NCBI GenBank assembly: GCA_030295235.1
Contig: AP026139.1
Location: forward strand, 620,001 to 684,000
Origin: Fistulifera solaris
Taxonomy: Eukaryota
Direction of reading: 5' to 3'
Length of the DNA: 64,000 nt
Part shown: in pieces, positions 15,896 through 28,186 of the stretch
Layout: every line of letters starts with the position of its first letter
Position numbering within the stretch: the stretch's first letter is position 1
The notes under the pieces: generated by a model
Database searches by the model: none
What the model was told of the DNA's origin: nothing
What the model saw: the letters and a program-made list of their open reading frames with translations, nothing else
Made by a program: the position numbers and the translations under genes

Positions 15896-17628
15896 CTAGT
15901 TGCATGTTTGTATATAGTTTGAGACAGCATTCGTTCCATCAACTCCAATCAACTCATGACCGTGATACTCTTTCGCCTTGGCGGCGGTGTAACTCGTCAT
16001 GTGTCCGTAATATTTGCGAGCTAGGTCTACATTTAAGATGTCCTGACCCGTGATTGTTCCACGGCAATACGAAGTCTTACATCCACAGGTGAAGGGCTTC
16101 ATTTCGGGAAAGTAACCAACAAACGTTGCATAATCCATACAAATCTCTTCTCCGACGGCAATGCGTTTTTTGGCTACCACATTCAAACCAGAAGGAGCTT
16201 CCAACCAGCAGTTCGGATCACAACTATGATTGATAGGACGCCAATCATCCGGTTCGGGCGACCACATCCCGAACAATTCATCGGAAAGAGGCCAGCAATA
16301 CGCCCCGAAGTTGTCCCAGTTGCGCATATCAAAATCACTTTCACTGTCGTCATTGCGCTTTCGCCATTGCTGCAGAACACGCTGCTTGGACACAACATGT
16401 AGAGGCTTCTCCTCCAGATCAAAGATGAGATCTCCGGGCTCCAATTCCTTTGTCGCATAGATTCCCCACGATTCACGGAGCGGATCGTAACGCGCTTCCG
16501 AAACCTGCGCATTGCGCTTTTCCCAGAGACGACGCGCGACTTCGACTTGATTCAAAATGAAAGTCGCGTGGGCTGCAACGGGATCCATTTTATCCAAGAT
16601 AAAGTCCGCCGAACCGTAAAAGCCCTCTGGATAAAAGACTCCGCAATTGGGATTGATCTCTAAAAAGACGAGTTTCTCTCCCGAAAGATCGGATCGAACG
16701 TCCAATCGACCGTATCCCCGTCCTCCGATGGCGGCAAAGACTTTACAAGCCAATGTTTTCAATCGCTCGGCCAAGTCCGGATCGCGCACGTTCGTCCAGG
16801 TAATGTTGTCGTAGTCGACCCACTTCAAGTTGTAATGCTTGAAGTCTTCGCCTTCACCAAAGCGACATTCGACCGGCTCGTACGCCACGACTTCAATCGT
16901 CTCCCTGACTACTGGGTGCTTGTGCCACGAGAACCGTGAATTCCCGCCCGACGATGAATTCTTCCACCAAGCAACCTCCATAGGTTTCCAGCATGCGCTG
17001 ACACTGCTTTTCCAAATCATGGACATTGTGCACTTTTGATTCTTTCGTGAGACCGACACTTGCGTAACTAGAAAAATGTTTCACCAACAATGGGAACGAC
17101 AAAGGCTCCGATGATGCACTGTACTCGGTCACGAGTTGACGCAAATCATCATGATGGTAGACAAACCGCCAGGCGGGAACGCTGACACCACACGCGAGGG
17201 CTACTTGCTTCATCTGCATCCGCGTCGGCTCAAAGAAAGACATGCCGGCTCCCGTGAATGGAACATTGAGTTTATCTTCCAGCAAGCTAAAGAAAAAATG
17301 ACGAGAATTGTTGAGAAAAAAGTTGGCAATGCGCCAGACACGACGACCGCAATACTTACTCGACGACTTGAATTCCTACCGACGGTTCATCCCATGCTCC
17401 ATCGCACAAATTGATGAAGCAATCAATTTCTTTCTCTTGAAAACGCCGCGCCAACGCAATTAGTGTTCGCGCGTAGTTGTGCGGCGTCAACGACACAACT
17501 TGGACGTCAATGTTTTCGTATCCCGCCCGCTGCAAATGCTGCTGAATGTCTGCGGGAGGATCGTTTTCATCATATTCGCATCCTTTCTTGTCGGATGTCA
17601 ATACGCAAAGGCGTTTCGGTAATGACAT
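15896..17628 (-). CDS. ATP-grasp (D-Ala-D-Ala ligase-like) ligase fused to a SET/post-SET domain
   Basis: ATP-grasp motifs INLCDGAWDE, VPFTGA, FPLLVKH..SVGL, LVEEFIVGREFTVLV, GYGRLDVR..FLEINPNCG. SET motifs WGIYATK, RPINHSCDPN, GEEICMDY, and post-SET CGCKTSYCRG. ATG 17628, intron ~17287-17359, one indel at ~16905. Confidence 0.88.
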
Positions 17629-18519
17629 GATTGTTACAAAAGGAGGAGAGGAGATTGAAAGGACAAGAAGAAGAGTCAAAGAGAGAGAGAGAGAGACGAA
17701 TGATGATTGAATTCTTCCGCAGCAGACGGTCAAACGCTGCGCGACACGGCATTGGTGAAAAACAGAGACTGAGAAAATCTGCGCAGTGATTTCGAGCGGA
17801 AGGAAAAGAAAGGGATTCATTCTGTGTTCTTTCGAACCTGGTATTTGTTTTGTTCTTCACGGGAACTCTTTTCCGACGAACGACGACCTCGTGCTTTCGC
17901 GCCAAAATGCAGTCACGGATGGACTTCGTCCGTAATTGTTTGGACGTATATTTTATGCAAATAAGTGAGCGCCCTTTTCGACGCTCAACAGCAACAGGGG
18001 CTTTTCAATAATTCATTCGTCTGCAGTTAGAATAGTTCGCTGTGCAAAGTTAATGGGCACCGGCAGACTTTCGCTGACAGTCGCCGTCGTATGCCTCACT
18101 ACGCCTCGCGCTAATATTCTATTTCATTAAGCCGCATCCACCGAAACAATTCATTTCGAATGTATAAACCAATTTCCTACCCTGGAAAGATCGTGATGCT
18201 TCTCGCGCTGATGCGTTGCGGTTGCCGTATATACTTGTTGCGTTAAAACATATATCGCATTTCATGGTCGACGCGATGAGATGACGGAGACGAACGATCG
18301 TCTTCGGACCGCTGTGACATCAAAACACTTCGGTGCGAATTGCTTGCGTTGCGAGTACCAGGTAAGTGCGTCGACGGAAAAATGATTCTTCGATGAGTAA
18401 CGATATTATTTGATGCAAATAGAAGCCTTTGAATGATAGTTTTGCTGTAAATACATCAATCAATCCCTTTCACTTGTTGTTCAAATTTTATTTTGGCTTC
18501 CGAAACATATCGTCGCAAA

Positions 18520-19545
18520 ATGAATTCGTCTTCTACATCTTCGTCACCATCTTCGACTCTGCTGATTTCATCCGCTCTTTTTGTCTTCTCTTGTCTCTTC
18601 GCACGGCGATCAATCAAGGATGACAGCAACGACGACTCCACCCTGTTGAGAAAGGCTCATTCACTTCGATTGAGTCTCAGTAAGCCGCCTCTTAGTCAGT
18701 TCCGTGTCGTCGCCATCCTGGTCACAGAACGAAAGGAACTCATTTTTGGAACGAATGTGGAATCCTACGGCAGTTTGACCAACACGCTCTGTGCCGAACG
18801 AGCGGCATGTTCGCAATACATCTTACAATACCCCGATCAAGAGACACGCCCCTTCATTTCAACCATTTACATTGTTTCCGACGCCGATGTCCCCATTTCG
18901 CCGGGATGTTTGTGTCGCGAATTCTTGTCGGGACAAAATCTTAGTGCTTCCCAAACGAGAATTGTCATGCAATCCGCGGATACTTCTTCAAAAACGTGGG
19001 TGAGTTGCCTGCAGGAACTGTTCCCTCGACCGTCCCTCTACAATCGCTTAAATATTCAGCAGCAGTTGGAACTCGGAACAGCCTTGTCATTGCAACAACC
19101 ATTCTCGGGTCAATCGGTGGGGAGTCTTTCGCAGCAAGATGTATTGAATTTATGGAATACCGCGTGGGAGGCTGCGAAAAGTGATGTACGTGACAAAGTC
19201 TTTCCGATGCATTACGGTGCCGCCGCACTCATTCGAGTCGATGACGGAATTCATCGTTTGGTAAGTGCGTGTGCCTTAAAGGCCGTAGAATACGGGTCCA
19301 GTCAAGATGCTTTGTGTCAGTTGTGGACTTTGGTATCGAAACAACTGGAGCAGATCACGGCGGTAATTCTGGTCGATCAATTTGGTTTACTGCACACTCC
19401 CGCGGCCGTGGCACGGTCGATCTGGGCCGAGTATGGAGGTGGAAGTGTGCCTATAATTTTGTACAAGTACGACAACACACCCAAGGCCGAATTGGAAGCG
19501 GTTCCGATGGAATCTTTAGCACCGTATGTGCCCAAAATTTGGTAA
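18520..19545 (+). CDS. Cytidine deaminase-fold protein with two tandem CDA-like domains
   Basis: PLSQFRVVAIL..GTNVE..TLCAERAA..ISPGCLCREFL..LQELFP; second degenerate domain with HYGAAAL..KAVEYGSS..TPAAVAR. Confidence 0.8.
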   Translation: MNSSSTSSSPSSTLLISSALFVFSCLFARRSIKDDSNDDSTLLRKAHSLRLSLSKPPLSQFRVVAILVTERKELIFGTNVESYGSLTNTLCAERAACSQYILQYPDQETRPFISTIYIVSDADVPISPGCLCREFLSGQNLSASQTRIVMQSADTSSKTWVSCLQELFPRPSLYNRLNIQQQLELGTALSLQQPFSGQSVGSLSQQDVLNLWNTAWEAAKSDVRDKVFPMHYGAAALIRVDDGIHRLVSACALKAVEYGSSQDALCQLWTLVSKQLEQITAVILVDQFGLLHTPAAVARSIWAEYGGGSVPIILYKYDNTPKAELEAVPMESLAPYVPKIW

Positions 19546-20328
19546 TTAGAACGACGATATTGTGATTTTGCGCGCGATTTCATTCAATCCAAGAACTAGA
19601 CTAGATTATAGATAAAGTAATCCTGATACGAATCATGTATCTACTTAATTAGAAGCCACATCAGAGCTCAGCTATTGTTGATTGCCGGCTTGCGTAGCAA
19701 CAGAAAGAAATGCATAATCGACAACTGGGGTGCTTCGCTACCCTGTTTTCTTTTGTTTTGGGGGCGTTGTGGAACCTGTTCTTCTTTCCTTGTCGCTTTT
19801 CGTCATGCGGTGGCTGTGGCATTTTTCCGTGATCGTGAGGACTTCCTCCTTCGGGTGGTTGGCAGTGAACATAGCGCTTTCATCACACTACGAGCAAAGC
19901 ACGCATAAAAGGCACGGCAGTTTCCGAGCGAACAAGTATGTTGTCTTCATTCTGGATCCCGGAAAGGAACACAAAACTTCCAATAGAAATTTTGGTTTTG
20001 GTTTGGATGGAACCTGTATGATAGTGATTTCAAGTTGTTAATCCGCGAGGATTTACGACGTGAAGACTCGAAAAGATATACAAGTAGCTATGATGATTGT
20101 GTTGAGCGTCATGATTTTCATGGACAACTACAAAGTAGTAGTAAATTGTTATTTTTGACGCAGAACGACGTCACCGGTCGTGCGAAGGACGTACCAGAGC
20201 TCAAGCGCAAAACGCCAAAAACAAGAATGAAAGCAATAATGAGCGATCATGAGCAATCATTTAGAATGATACCAGTCGATGATTCATAGAATAAATAATC
20301 AGGATCGAGAGCTGAGTTTTATGAAAGC

Positions 20329-21717
20329 ATGATGCCTTCAACTGCACTACGATCTTCCGTTCGAATCGCATCACGATGTCGAAAGCTGCGGTACCTATCG
20401 ACGGTTCCGGCTCCTCGTCCCGAAGCGCCACTTTCCACACAACGAATTGATCTACAAGTGGCCGCCAAAATTGAAGGAGAAGAATCACAGATTGTTACAG
20501 TTGAATTGCGAAAAGGTGAAAAGCTACGGGCGGAGTCGGCGTCGATGATTTATATGACGGAAGGTACGAGCGAATCGTCGTTCTTGATGCGGCCTTGGCG
20601 TGATTCTCTTACAGCAGAAGTACTATTTGCTTCATCCAGGCGTGGAATTTGATACAAACTTGGGAGAAGGCGGAACATTTAGTCGATGGATGACTGGGCA
20701 AAATGTATTTCTTACCGACTTTGTTTACAATGGAGAGAACAAAGGGACAGTTGCTCTCGGAACTGACTTTCCTTCCAAAATAATACGACTTTCACTGGAC
20801 GATTTACCGGAAAACACACTCATCTGTCAGCGTGGCGCGTATTTGGCAAGTAATCCTGGTGTGGCGATCGAAATGGAATTCACCAAAAGCTTGAAAGCTG
20901 GTTTCTTTGGTGGCCAAGGGTTCATATTACAAAAACTATCCGGGGAGGGCGACGTTCTCGTCAAAGGAGGTGGAACGGTTGTTGTGCAAGATCTAAAGCC
21001 AGGAGAGATACTGCGTGTGTCATCTGGTAGTATTGTAGCTTTTGAAAGGACAATCGAGTACGATGTACAAATGATGCCAGGGATTAAGAATGTCATGTTT
21101 GGAGGCGAAGGTCTCTTTATTACCTCATTAAAAGGCCCTGGTCGAGTATGGCTTCAGGGTATGCCACCGGATCGAATGATTGCTGAAATTGCTAGACGAG
21201 TTCCGTCGGGTGGCCCAGGGATTGGTATTCCAATTGGAGTGGGAGGAGGAGGTAGCAGTACGGAAGATGCTGGTGATGCTTCGTCCGGCGATGATAGTGC
21301 CGCAGATGCTGTAGCAGCGACAGACGCTTCGATTCAGTCTGAAAGATTGGCTACAGTTGCTACAAGTGGGCAGTCAGGAGATACAAACTCACCCTCTAGC
21401 TTGTTTGGAGACGCTGCCCTGAAGATACTGTTGCTAAACGAATGGAGAGCGACACCGATACATTTGGTACTGACGACTCGTTCTCGACGTCTTCTACCGA
21501 ACCGACATTCAGCGATTCTGATTTTGCGTCGTCCGAGTATAACGAACCGACATTTGATGAGGTAGAGATGAAGGATGATGGTTTTGCTAATGAAGAACTT
21601 TCCAGCTTTGATGATGAGACGAGCACTGAAGGGCTGGCAGACACAGTGTCCGAAGATAGTGGATCAAGCGTTCTAGGCACTCTCTGGGATCTTTTCATGG
21701 GCGGCCGCGATGATTAG
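20329..21717 (+). CDS. AIM24: AIM24 / TIGR00266 family mitochondrial protein with acidic C-terminal tail
   Basis: Arg/Ser-rich presequence; GEKLRAESASMIYM, GFFGGQGFILQKLSGEG, FGGEGLF..LKGPGRVWLQ. Intron ~20563-20639, indel ~21420. Confidence 0.85.
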
Positions 21718-21761
21718 TTAGATAACAACAACGCAATCGACCAAAATGTAAGGATTTAAGC

Positions 21762-22948
21762 CTATTGAATGATTAACGTCTTATGTTCCCACCCGTACAA
21801 AGCTTTGTGATTATCGAAGAGTTCCTGCATGGCATTGATGAGTTTCTCTTGATACTTTTGAATGAGTTCGGGGGATGGATCGTCGCATTTCTCCGTTGGA
21901 ATGGCTTTTCCCTTGACTCCAAAGATAGGTACACGGTAGGGAATGGGTAAATAGTAACGACCATAAATGAGAATAATGGCAAACCCTAGCTTCCGACTAA
22001 GATTTTCCACTCCACTAAACCACCAAGACAGCAGAACCTGTGTATTTCCAAAGACATAACAAGGAACTAGATCGGCACCGGTCCGCAATGCCAATTTGAT
22101 GAGACCCACGCGCTCTTTCAACAAAATGACTTCTTCATCTCCGTGCACAAAGACTTCCGCGACACCCCCCGTCGAAATTCCAATCGTGTACGGATACTGT
22201 TCGAGTTGTTGTTGCGCCGTATGTCGATCCGCATCGACCACTCCGAGACTGCGCAAAATTTGTTTGAAGAGAGGAGGACGGAGGGCCGCACTACTGGCGA
22301 GTCCAATGAAATGATGACCGGAAAGACTCGGCCACGCGAGCATACTTAGAATATTGCCGTATCTGTCAAGCCGAAAGTAAGCATGGTGAGTGAGTCTACC
22401 GTCTACCAGGTACCTAGTGTCACAATCGAGCGCGCTGACCTTTCAGTACTTACGGAAAGACTCCATGGGGCGGTGCTACTAATATTTGGGGTCGTTGGTT
22501 GAGGTTGACGCCAACGGGGTCGTGTGTCATAATGGGGTCATCGTAGGCAAAGCGGAATGAAAAATACTTGGCAATGAGATGTGCGAGTTGACTGTGCAAT
22601 GTCGCCGGGACGAAGGCTTGCGGCAAGATCGCCAAAGGTAGTAAACCCATCAGAAGATACGCAAACGCGCGTGTGATATTCCCCAACACAAAATATCCCA
22701 CCAGTGCCGTGACAATGGGGATGGTAATGGCACCATTGGGTACACCAAACGCCAGAAAGAGGACACAGATAGCTTCTTCCCACCATTTCATCGGTTCTAC
22801 TTTAAGGACTAGTTCCTTGGTGACTTTGTCGATCGGAATGGATGCTGCTTGACGCTTTTCGGGGCTTTTTCGAGAGAGCGACTTTCTCGGCTAACGAAAG
22901 CCCGCAAAAGTCTAAGAAGCCAGCTTGTGATTTCTTCATGATCTTCAT
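21762..22948 (-). CDS. DGAT2: Diacylglycerol/monoacylglycerol acyltransferase, DGAT2 family
   Basis: N-terminal TM hairpin; KYFSFRF; APPHGVFP|YG; GGVAEVF; ERVGLIKLALRTGADLVPCYVFG; PYRVPI..VKGKAIP; LFDNHK..YG. Intron ~22364-22452; start 22948 inferred across an indel. Confidence 0.88.
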
Positions 22949-23468
22949 GATCGCTTGGAATAATGACTGAAGTAGAAAACAATACCGGCTATTTATTCAC
23001 CAGAATGCAGTCCAGGATCTCTCTAGAATCTTCACTTTGACTGAACAATAGCGAGGAACGCAAAATATTGCTCCGTACCAGTACTCCGTATCATGACGAA
23101 AAAAGGAAGAAAAACGGATCGCGGAACAACATCGCAAGTACGATGTCTTAGCACAAAACGTGCTGAATTACTTGTTCATATCGCACCAACACTCCTCATT
23201 ATGCCGTTGGCGTTTTACGTTTACGTTAACAAGAGTCTGACGTTGGACAGACGCCAATGCCAGTGGTCGTTCTAGTTGTTGTTCCAACACGCGCAACAAG
23301 TTGCAATGCGCCTTTTTCTTATTGTTGTGTTGTTGTTGTGAGCTTGAGAACGTTTGACGCCTTCATTTCTTGTTTATTTGTCAACGCACTGCTAATTCGA
23401 TAGTTGCACCCGAATCAGTTGATTCGTTCGTTCGGCAGTTTATTTTTGAATACAACATAAAAGCAACA

Positions 23469-24858
23469 ATGCCCCCCGTCAAAGTGATCACAGCGGGAGG
23501 AGCCGCCAACTCCTCCAAATCTCGCAAACCGCTCGCACAGACGGTACAAAATGAACTGGATTTTGCTACAAAACTGGAAATGGAACAATCCGACTCGGAC
23601 ACACACGCCGATCCGCTTCATCCACGACACGCGGCGTATCACGATGACCCGCAACAACACATATCATCATCATCATCATCGCAGTATTCCGACAATCTTC
23701 CTCTAATGAAACAAGGACCACCGCCGGATCATCATCATCATACACATACTGAGATTCCGCACGATTATTCTTCGAAACTCGATCTCATTTGGTTAATCGT
23801 ATGCTTTTTTGGGATCATGGCGTCCTTTGTTTGCTACGGTTTGTTGATGGAATACACAACATCGGGCGGACGAGAATTGCACGAACTTTCCTTTTTGTTT
23901 GTCACTTCGGCCCTGTATACCATCACGGCCGCCGCAGGTCGTTATGTACGCGATGAAACACCGACGACCATTCCTCCGGGACGGTTTGCGGTCTTGGGTT
24001 TGACCAGTATGGGGAGTACCTTTTGTTCGGTGCGGTCCTTGCGGTACGTGCGTTAAAGAAGATGATATTACGATTTGTGTCGTCCTTCTCACCCCAATTC
24101 CGGATAGATACGTCATTTATCCCATCCAAGTTTTAGCCAAGAGTTGTAAACCTGTTCCAGTCATGTTAATGGGTACGTTGATGGGCAAACGGTATCCTTT
24201 ACGCAAATACATCAATGTGGTCATGATCGTCCTCGGTGTGGCCATGTTCATGGGTGGTGGTGATTCCAAGCACAAAGGCAGTGATTCCGACGCCTCGCCC
24301 AAGCAAATGATTGGTATCGTCTTGCTGTTCATTTCCTTGTGTTTCGACGGTGGCACCGGCGCGTATGAAGACAAACTCATGAGCGTCCATTCCGTCCAGC
24401 CATTTGATCTCATGTACAATATTCAACTGGGAAAAACGATTCTCGCGGGTATTGGCTTGCTCGTCTTGAATCAATTGCACATCTTCATACAAATGGTGCA
24501 AGAAATGGGTTTTTTGTTGGTGGCATTGGGATTGAGTGGTGCCCTGGGCCAAGTCTTTATCTTTGTGACGATTGCCAAGTTTGGTGCGCTAACGTGCAGT
24601 ATTATCGGATTGGCACGGAAGGTCACCACGTTGGTGGCCAGTATTTACTTTTATGGTCACGCATTGAATGCCGTACAATCCGCCGGTTTGTTTGTCAGCG
24701 TAGCCTCCATGGTCATGAACTTTTGGGGAAAGAAGAGCAAGAAAGAGGGTCACGGCGGTGAGAGCAGTGGCGCGGTTCCGGAAGAAATGGAAAAGATACT
24801 GGTAGAAGAACACGATGACGAAGAAGGAGGAGATGTAGAGCTCCCAACACAGCGGTAA
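23469..24858 (+). CDS. Nucleotide-sugar transporter, UAA family (SLC35B1/HUT1-like)
   Basis: About 10 TM segments; SLRYVIYPIQVLAKSCKPVPVMLMG across intron ~24044-24107; SLCFDGGTGAYED; GQVFIF..FGAL..IGLARKVTTL. Confidence 0.9.
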
Positions 24859-25028
24859 CAGACAATATAAATTAATACCGCCTCGTGTATTACGTGTTGG
24901 GCGTTCAATAATACAAAATGAAACTATGCTAACAGAAACATGCTGGGAACGAAAATGTAGGTCTAGTTTTAGTCGGAGGAAAGAGCATGCGATTATTAGT
25001 CTTTATACATGTCGAAGGGACACTAGCT

Positions 25029-27795
25029 CTATGTCCAAGACCGACGCTCTTTGCCGCATGCATCCTGGAAGGCTCGGACAACAATGCTGAATTCTTCAAA
25101 CGGCAATCCCTTACTCAACGCACTCATGAACTCAGCCTTGGGGCGTTCTGGAATACGCTCAACGCCCTGGAAAGCAGATGCAAGCCATTGTAAGAGTAAC
25201 TGTGAATCAAATAAATTAAGCTTCCACAATGTCTCGGGTATCTGGCGCTCATTGTAGGCCGGAAGATCTCCGATAACCGCCCTTGCCAAGTTATGTACAA
25301 TCATCTGGCCTTCGCGAGAAAGAGCTTTCTCTAAAGCCGCCTTGCTTTCCGGTTTGTTCTGCTCTCGAAGCGAAAGCGCATATGATATTAAATCATCGAG
25401 AAACCGAAGTGTTCCTTTATTCGCCCCTTGATGTTCCAACTGCATTCCTACAACTGCGCACTGCAATAGCGAATGCAGTAAAGGACTGATCATTAACGGG
25501 TCCGGACAGTTATTGGTTACTCTCCCCATAAGATAAAAAGAATTCCTCCACAACGTCCGGATGGTTGGTCATGTCTTCCAAATCTCTTAGAAACGAAAAG
25601 GTCGTGTTCGAGAGTGTAAATACTGTATCAAAAAGCTGCTGGGTGTAGACAGGGTTCTGGCCGTATTCAGCAACGCAAATACTGGCCAAATAAAGAAAAA
25701 GGCGATTGGCGTGATCGTTCGTAGCTGAGAACGATTGTCTGTAACAACGTATTCGCCATCGGAGAATAGGCATTGGATCCTATAGATCGGAGAGCGTGCT
25801 TATGCAAGCGGCATAGTTTCTCGGCCAACATATTGTCATCCGGGAAACGATTAAAGACGGCCTCAAGCAAGCTCCATAACGATTTCATCATTTCCAGCAT
25901 TGGGTTCGGCGTACAACTCGCTACTTTAAGAAATTGCACGACGACGGTAAGGCGGTCAATCTCCGGAATCATGTTCCTCCTTGGCGAAGCGTGCTGATCC
26001 GCCACCGCGGCACCTAAACGCATGAGAATGGGTTGTGTCAATCGCGCAACGTAGGGCGATATGTCGTGTGTCCTTGTATCGAATATTTCCCGTGACACTG
26101 CCGTGCAGGCTCCTTCTAAAACTTGAAGTTCATCAGCAAGTTGCAAGTGCCCGGCAACATCCGAATACAGCTGCAAAACTGGTTCAATTATGGCAAATCT
26201 CTGGTTCGAGCACCCACATAGCTCTTTTATCGCAACAGCCGCAGCCGGTGCACACTCTTTGTCAGATAAGCTTTGTGCTAGGAAAGGTAGCAATGGTTTC
26301 GTTAACTCAGGATGTGCCGCCAACCAAGACGCGAATTTCCCTATTATCTTGTTCGACGTGTATCGCAGTGGCCGAATATTCATTGGTAGATGCGACATCA
26401 TTTCAAAGATAAAAGGAAGAAACTCGTTCTCGTCGCTAGGAACGAATCGATGAATGGCGCATATGCATGCCAAACTCGACTCGATCCCTTGCCATTGTTG
26501 TAGATTTTGTTGAACCTGCTGTCGCAATGCGGTGCCGATTTTTGGAGCACACTGTGGCCACCCAACAAGCGACAACAATCTTCCACCGTTTCTGCCACAT
26601 AAAAACGATGCCGATTGATATCTTCCACGAGATCGTCCGCCAGTTCATCAATGTCGTCAGGAAATTTCATGAGGTGATTGACACAGACGTCAATGAGTTG
26701 CAGCATATGTGGGGTGTAAATGTCGATGAGCTCTTGTCGCCATTCAAAGGGATGAATTGCTTCCAGATCAATGACCAGTCGGTACCAGAAATTTAACGTA
26801 ATACTGGATACCTCTTGATCCGCAACCTGTGAGCACTTCAATACTCCATCCACCATGTTGCTGACCGGTTGTTCCGATAAAATAAGACTCATGTAGGATT
26901 CTCCCATTTCGGTAATGACCCGACAATAGGCTCGCTGAACGTCTTCATCAGCGGACGCCAGTGCCTCATCTAACGGAAGCTGGAACAACAGTGGCAGCAT
27001 CGCTTGCACCAAAGCCTCGTTTCCGTGCTGATGACTCGGATACATCCGCAGCACTTCGACCACAACATCCGCCGCCGCCTCCATCAACTCCGCTTGCGTC
27101 AGTGCTTGTACGGAAGCCGCCAATAGAGCCGTTTCGGCCAAGGTATCTGGTCGAATGGGAACATAATGAATCCACGTATGAAGAATCTGCAGGACATGGG
27201 TGGGTTCTTGTGTTTGCAGGAATTGAAAGAACGTCGACGACGTTGCCACCAGATGATCTCGCATCGCATATCGGTACACATCATCCACATACAGTCGCCG
27301 CGATGCACATTCTTCGGGTAACACTTGCAAGATGGTCAAAGCCAGAGGTGTGGGATTCGACAACAAGTCACTGACAATTGTACACCAATTCATTTGCACG
27401 GCAAATGCGGATACACAGAGAGCGAGTCGGGTCGTCAAGGCGTCCCCTTGTGCATGCTTTTGTAAGTGTTGCAGCAAAGAATCACGCAACGACGGTAGCG
27501 ACTCTACGGGCAGCTGATGAATATCGGTGCGGCATTTGGTGTGCAGCGTTTGTGCCGCAAAGAAGCGTTTTTGTACATCGGAGGATTCATCGTGCAACAA
27601 TTTATCACACACCATCCACGAAATTGGTCTTGACTGAAAGCTAATGAGATACCGGTCCGCTAATTGTCGTTGCGACCACCATTCTTGAGAAGATTGAGTC
27701 GAATCGGTCGAAAAAACAGCATTCAAGGCCAACTGAACGCGGCTCAGTTCTTCGTCTGCATTGTCGCTGTGAGCCGGCAGTTGCGCATGCGACAT
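25029..27795 (-). CDS. TNPO3: Transportin-3 / Mtr10 (importin-beta family)
   Basis: ADRYLISFQ..SW, FFAAQTLHTK, SLRDSLL, ITLNFWYRL, HPDVVEEF. Four ORFs joined by three single-base indels (~26500, ~25700, ~25545). Confidence 0.88.
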
Positions 27796-27871
27796 TCTAT
27801 TTCTCTCAATGTAGTTTGCTTCCTTCGCTCTCGCTTCTCTTGAGAGTGAATCGGAACACTGACTGATCAGG

Positions 27872-27890
27872 TGAATGAATGAATGAATGA
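27872..27890. repeat. (GAAT)n short tandem repeat in the TNPO3/STI1 divergent promoter
   Basis: tgaatgaatgaatgaatga seen directly. Confidence 0.7.
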
Positions 27891-28186
27891 AATGCGCATG
27901 ATGTGGTGGTGTACAAATACGATGATCGGATCTGCGCTGCCTTTTGCGAGCTTTGCATTAACTAAATGTGCGTGACAATCTGTTTACTGTTTGATCGATA
28001 ATGGAAGATTGAGTCGAGTCCTAGCGGTACGGATAAGTCCTTCTACGTTTCCACGTGGAATGACCTAGGCCGCGCACCGCATCGCGCAACTTTCACGAGG
28101 ATCGATCTTCCCTCCGTCGCCGCGGCGCTTGCTTCTCATTTTCATCAAGAAGACTTTTTTTTATTATTACAAGTACAGACGCGACC

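Noticed and set aside
17830..17845. GGTTCGA (T-loop-like word) suggesting a tRNA
   Set aside because: No T-stem, acceptor stem or cloverleaf can be formed around it.
19560..20320. Possible small gene or C/D snoRNA between the deaminase and AIM24
   Set aside because: Short ORFs have no recognisable motifs, and a GTGATGA box-C-like word has no matching box D or terminal stem.
28049..28060. Palindrome TTCCACGTGGAA upstream of STI1 as a heat-shock element
   Set aside because: It does not fit nGAAn alternation; a single G-box-like word is not enough support.
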